Positions 33,775 through 36,848 of a stretch of 36,848 bases of DNA are shown piece by piece. Under the pieces are notes generated by a model. It ran no database searches. It was not told the origin of the DNA and worked only from the letters and a program-made list of their open reading frames with translations. Within the stretch, counting starts at the first letter, position 1; each line of letters begins with the position of its first letter. The stretch covers positions 5,662,278 to 5,699,125 of the forward strand of contig NC_057754.1 of assembly GCF_004010195.1 (NCBI RefSeq), given 5' to 3'. The translations under genes and the position numbers were made by a program. This DNA comes from Chiloscyllium plagiosum (lineage: Eukaryota).

Positions 33775-34372
33775 TTATACATGCCCAGCAATGTGGAAAC
33801 TGGACTTGTAGCCCACCAAGCCCACACTGACCCTCCAAATAGCTGGATTAGTATGGTGCTAGAAAAGGACTGCAGGTCAGTCAGCATCTGAGGAGCAGTA
33901 AAATTAAAGTTTCGGGCAAAAGTCCTTAATCAGGAATCAACCAGTGTTCGTGATGACGGGCTTTTGCCCAACACTTCGATTTTCCTACTCCTTGGACGCT
34001 TTCTGACCAGTTGTGCATTTACATCGCCACTTTAATCTCGACTCTAATGTCCAGCATCTGCAGTAACAACTTCTGCCTCCAAATAGCTTGCCACCAGGCA
34101 CACCCATACGTTACCCCGGGAACTCTACATTTCCCAAGGTTAATTCACATCACCTGCCCATCACAAGATGCTGCAACGCAATTTAAAAAGACCATTGCAC
34201 TGAAACTGCGCATTTTTGGTCTGTGGGAGGAAATCCAAGCACCGACAGGAAAACCACGTAGACACAGGAAGTATATAAGTCCCACACAGACAATCACCCA
34301 AGAGTGGAACTGAATCCAGGCCCTTGGTGCTTGGAGCCCACAGCGCGATCCACTGAGCCACCGTGCCACTCC
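33775..34372 (-). mobile_element. Old HE1 SINE interrupted by a PLE insertion
   Basis: Minus-strand head GGCACGGTGGCTCAGTGGATCGC...GGATTCAGTTCC; the tail resumes at 33775-33844. Confidence 0.8.
33845..34075. mobile_element. Head-to-head twin PLE family-B terminal-repeat insertion
   Basis: Minus copy at about 33845-33937 and plus copy at about 33946-34075, each starting at a decayed hammerhead. Perfect flanking repeat CCTCCAAATAGCT at 33832-33844 and 34076-34088. Confidence 0.82.
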
Positions 34373-34634
34373 AGTGACCAGCTCAGTGTGACTGCATTCT
34401 CCCATTTTCTCTGGAAACTTCACATCGTTTCAGATGATGTCGAATCCCAGTGGGGTACCTCCGACATAATCTGCTTTTCCCACAAACGAGAGATCATTTC
34501 CCCAAAATAAAACTCAGATTGACAGGGTGTAGGTAACCCATCTTCTGTATGTCTGCCCTCACTCCTTTCCCTCCTTCCGAAATCAAGTCATTCATTACTA
34601 GTGCCGCATGCAAGATAATTGCCAATCTACAATA

Positions 34635-34770
34635 AAACATATCACTGCAGATGCTGGAGATCTGAAACAAAAACAGTTCTGATGAAGAGCGCCCAGATTT
34701 GAAATGCTGACTATGTTTTCTTCCGACAAATGCTGCCAGACTCACTGAGTTTTAACAACAGTCTAATTCT
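34635..34770. mobile_element. Old inverted PLE family-C fragment
   Basis: ACTGCAGATGCTGGAGATCTGAAAC (compare 733-755), then CTGATGAAGAG...TTTGAAATGCTGAC...ATGCTGCCAGAC. Confidence 0.65.
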
Positions 34771-35579
34771 GTGCTTATATCATGCACAAAATCTGCCCTG
34801 CAATTTTGCTTTCTATATATAACATCCACCAGATTTGTTTTTCCTTGCTATTTTTAAACTCCAGGCAAACTGTTTGTGTGTAATCAGAGCACCGTTGTCT
34901 TTGGTGAGATTAATGGTAGATTAATGAGATGTTCCCTGACAACTTTCTTGATGCTATGATAGTCTCGTTGCCTCTTATTGGGTTCTTCTCAAGGGGAATG
35001 GTCAGATTCTCACTGGGTCTCCCCTTATACTGGCAAAGTGGAGAAGGACAATGATCTCCCTACAATGTTGTACATTCCTCCCGATGATTGAGCATGCTCT
35101 AACCCAGAAGGCAACTACAGAGCAGGCACACATGATCTGGTGTCATGGTCCCCAATTCTGTTTCTGGGGAAAGTGGAAGTCATGCCTGTGACCCTCCCCA
35201 CCTTGAAGGAGCCCCATGCCTCTGTCCACATTGCGACTTTGAGGAGGGCATTAATATCCCTCTGCCTGCCGCATGCAGGTTCAATATCAGTTGTTGTGCA
35301 GCGAAGCAGCGCAAGGACTTTGCTTGTCCCAGCACACTTTGGGCTTTCAAAGATGGCACTGTTTCCCGGGATGCTGAATAATTACAGGCTCACCGGTGAG
35401 TGGTGGGGTTGCTCTTGGAATGGAGTATAGTATGAGTTGGGGCAAATCCAACGTGATTCTCACTGTGACGGTTGGAACACCAATTAATGTTGAGTGTTTG
35501 ATGAAATCCCCTTAGTCTCACGGTGGGAATCTCCCTGCAAACTTAACAGAACTGGCACCTCCCATAAAAAAGATTAATT

Positions 35580-36440
35580 CATAAGAACATTAGGAATAGG
35601 ACCACGCTTGATACTGCTCCACCATTCAATAAGGCCATGGCGGATCTTTTAATTGAATCAGCTCCATTTCCCCGCCCTCTCCTCATTACCCTTATTTCCT
35701 TCACTATTCTAAAATCTGCGTTCGTTTACAATCAGCGAACCAGCATAGACTACTTCAAGAATCAAGGTAAACCACAGATTCAGGTTGGGATGTTCCCTCT
35801 CAACTGAGTCCTGAATCTGCGCCCGCTCATTTTGAAGTTATTCCACTTAGTTATACTTTCCCCCAACAGTGCACTCTACCAATTGTAATCCACAATTCCC
35901 CTGCTTCTATTTTATCTATTCCCTTCATAATTTTACCTTTCTATAAAATCTTCATTCATTCTTTTAAATTCCAATGAGAATAGTCCCAGCCAACTTGATC
36001 TCACCTCATTGTTCAACATTCTCGACTCTAGAATCAACAAAGCAAAAATTGTCTGCACCCACTACCATGCCTGTGCACTCATTCTGAAGTAAGGGAACCA
36101 ATACTGTAAACAGTAATCCGGGTGCGGCCTCTCCAAAACTGTATAGAACTACAACCTCCCTGTTTGTTAACTGCTGTATAGAACTACAACCTCCCTGTTT
36201 GTTAACTGCATCCGAAAAGGAATAAAGAAGAATATTCAAGTTGTCTTCCGAATTTCTGCAAACCAACGTTGTGTGCCCAAAGACCAGCCACCTTCCTTTG
36301 CACAACAGCATGCTGCATTTTCTTCCTCGTTTAACAGCCATGTTTACAGTTATTCCGAAAAAAATTGATAACCTAATATTTGCCAACATTGTCCTCCGTC
36401 TGCAAGACCTCTACCCACTCATTTAAACTATTTATATCTC
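35580..36440 (-). mobile_element. Old CR1 LINE 3' region
   Basis: Tail CATAAGAACATTAGGAATAGGA...CTGCTCCACCATTCAAT; AAGGGAACCAATACTGTAAACAGTAATCC is the reverse complement of a YCLQYWFP-like motif. Confidence 0.75.
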
Positions 36441-36519
36441 ACTGCAGACGTTCAGCGACCTCTACATATTTTGCTCTACAACTCAGTTTCATCTGCAAAC
36501 TTTGTCACAGTCGGAATCA

Positions 36520-36755
36520 CCAGTATGTCCACAAGCTGACACGGGGAGAGGTCATTTTGGTGTTGGAGCTTAGCAATGAGTCAGGACAGGTGTCAGATCT
36601 CACGGTGGGAGAACACTTTGGTGACAATGACTAAAACTGCCTCACATTTACCATAACCTTGGAGAGACAAAGGAACAGTTGCCAAGGGAAGATATTTAAT
36701 CGGGGAAAAGGAAATTATGATGCTATCAGACTGGAATTGGGAAGAAAAGATTGGG
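36520..36755 (+). mobile_element. CR1 ORF2 AP-endonuclease fragment
   Basis: Translates QYVHKLTRGEVILVLELSNESGQVSDLTVGEHFGDND (the APE 'LDL..N...G.SDH' region). Confidence 0.85.
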
Positions 36756-36848
36756 GCTGGAGATGTGTTGCTGGAAAAGCGCAGCAGGTCAGGCAGCATC
36801 CAGGGAACAGGAGAATCGACGTTTCGGGCATAAGCCCTTCTTCAGGAA
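36756..36848 (-). mobile_element. Young PLE family-B terminal repeat, cut by the window edge
   Basis: Close match to 3378-3465 and 27870-27918. Confidence 0.85.
36814..36848 (-). ncRNA. Minimal hammerhead ribozyme motif with a complete core
   Basis: UUC-CUGAAGA-A-GGGC-UUAU-GCCC-GAAAC-GUC-GAUU, with a perfect 4-bp stem II. Confidence 0.8.

Noticed and set aside
34930..35570. Possible decayed retroelement coding fragment
   Set aside because: I could not recover a diagnostic motif by eye, so it is left unassigned.

Overview
Eukaryotic, repeat-dense genomic DNA from a draft shark (elasmobranch) assembly. The taxon is inferred from HE1-type tRNA/V-SINEs and HER1/CR1-type LINEs. There are six multi-N gaps plus one single N. 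I recognise no intact protein-coding gene. The ORF track is almost entirely decayed retroelement frames, low-complexity sequence or gap read-through. The window contains: (i) HE1 SINEs whose internal 53-bp segment has repeatedly expanded into minisatellites, one of about 4.5 kb and roughly 84 units; (ii) many CR1-type LINE fragments; (iii) a decayed, near-full-length Penelope-like element (PLE) at about 24.5-27.9 kb, a PLE GIY-YIG 3' end at 13.7-14.4 kb, and short PLE terminal-repeat pieces of about four families carrying minimal hammerhead-ribozyme motifs (CUGANGA...GAAAC-GUC). Two of these motifs have complete cores, and several pieces form short inverted insertions with 11-15 bp target-site duplications; (iv) a probable solo LTR and 23-, 31- and 71-bp minisatellites; (v) a speculative minus-strand chain of small in-phase exons at 22.6-16.0 kb near a CpG-rich patch. 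An exactly 500-N gap at 22829-23328 separates two compositionally different halves.
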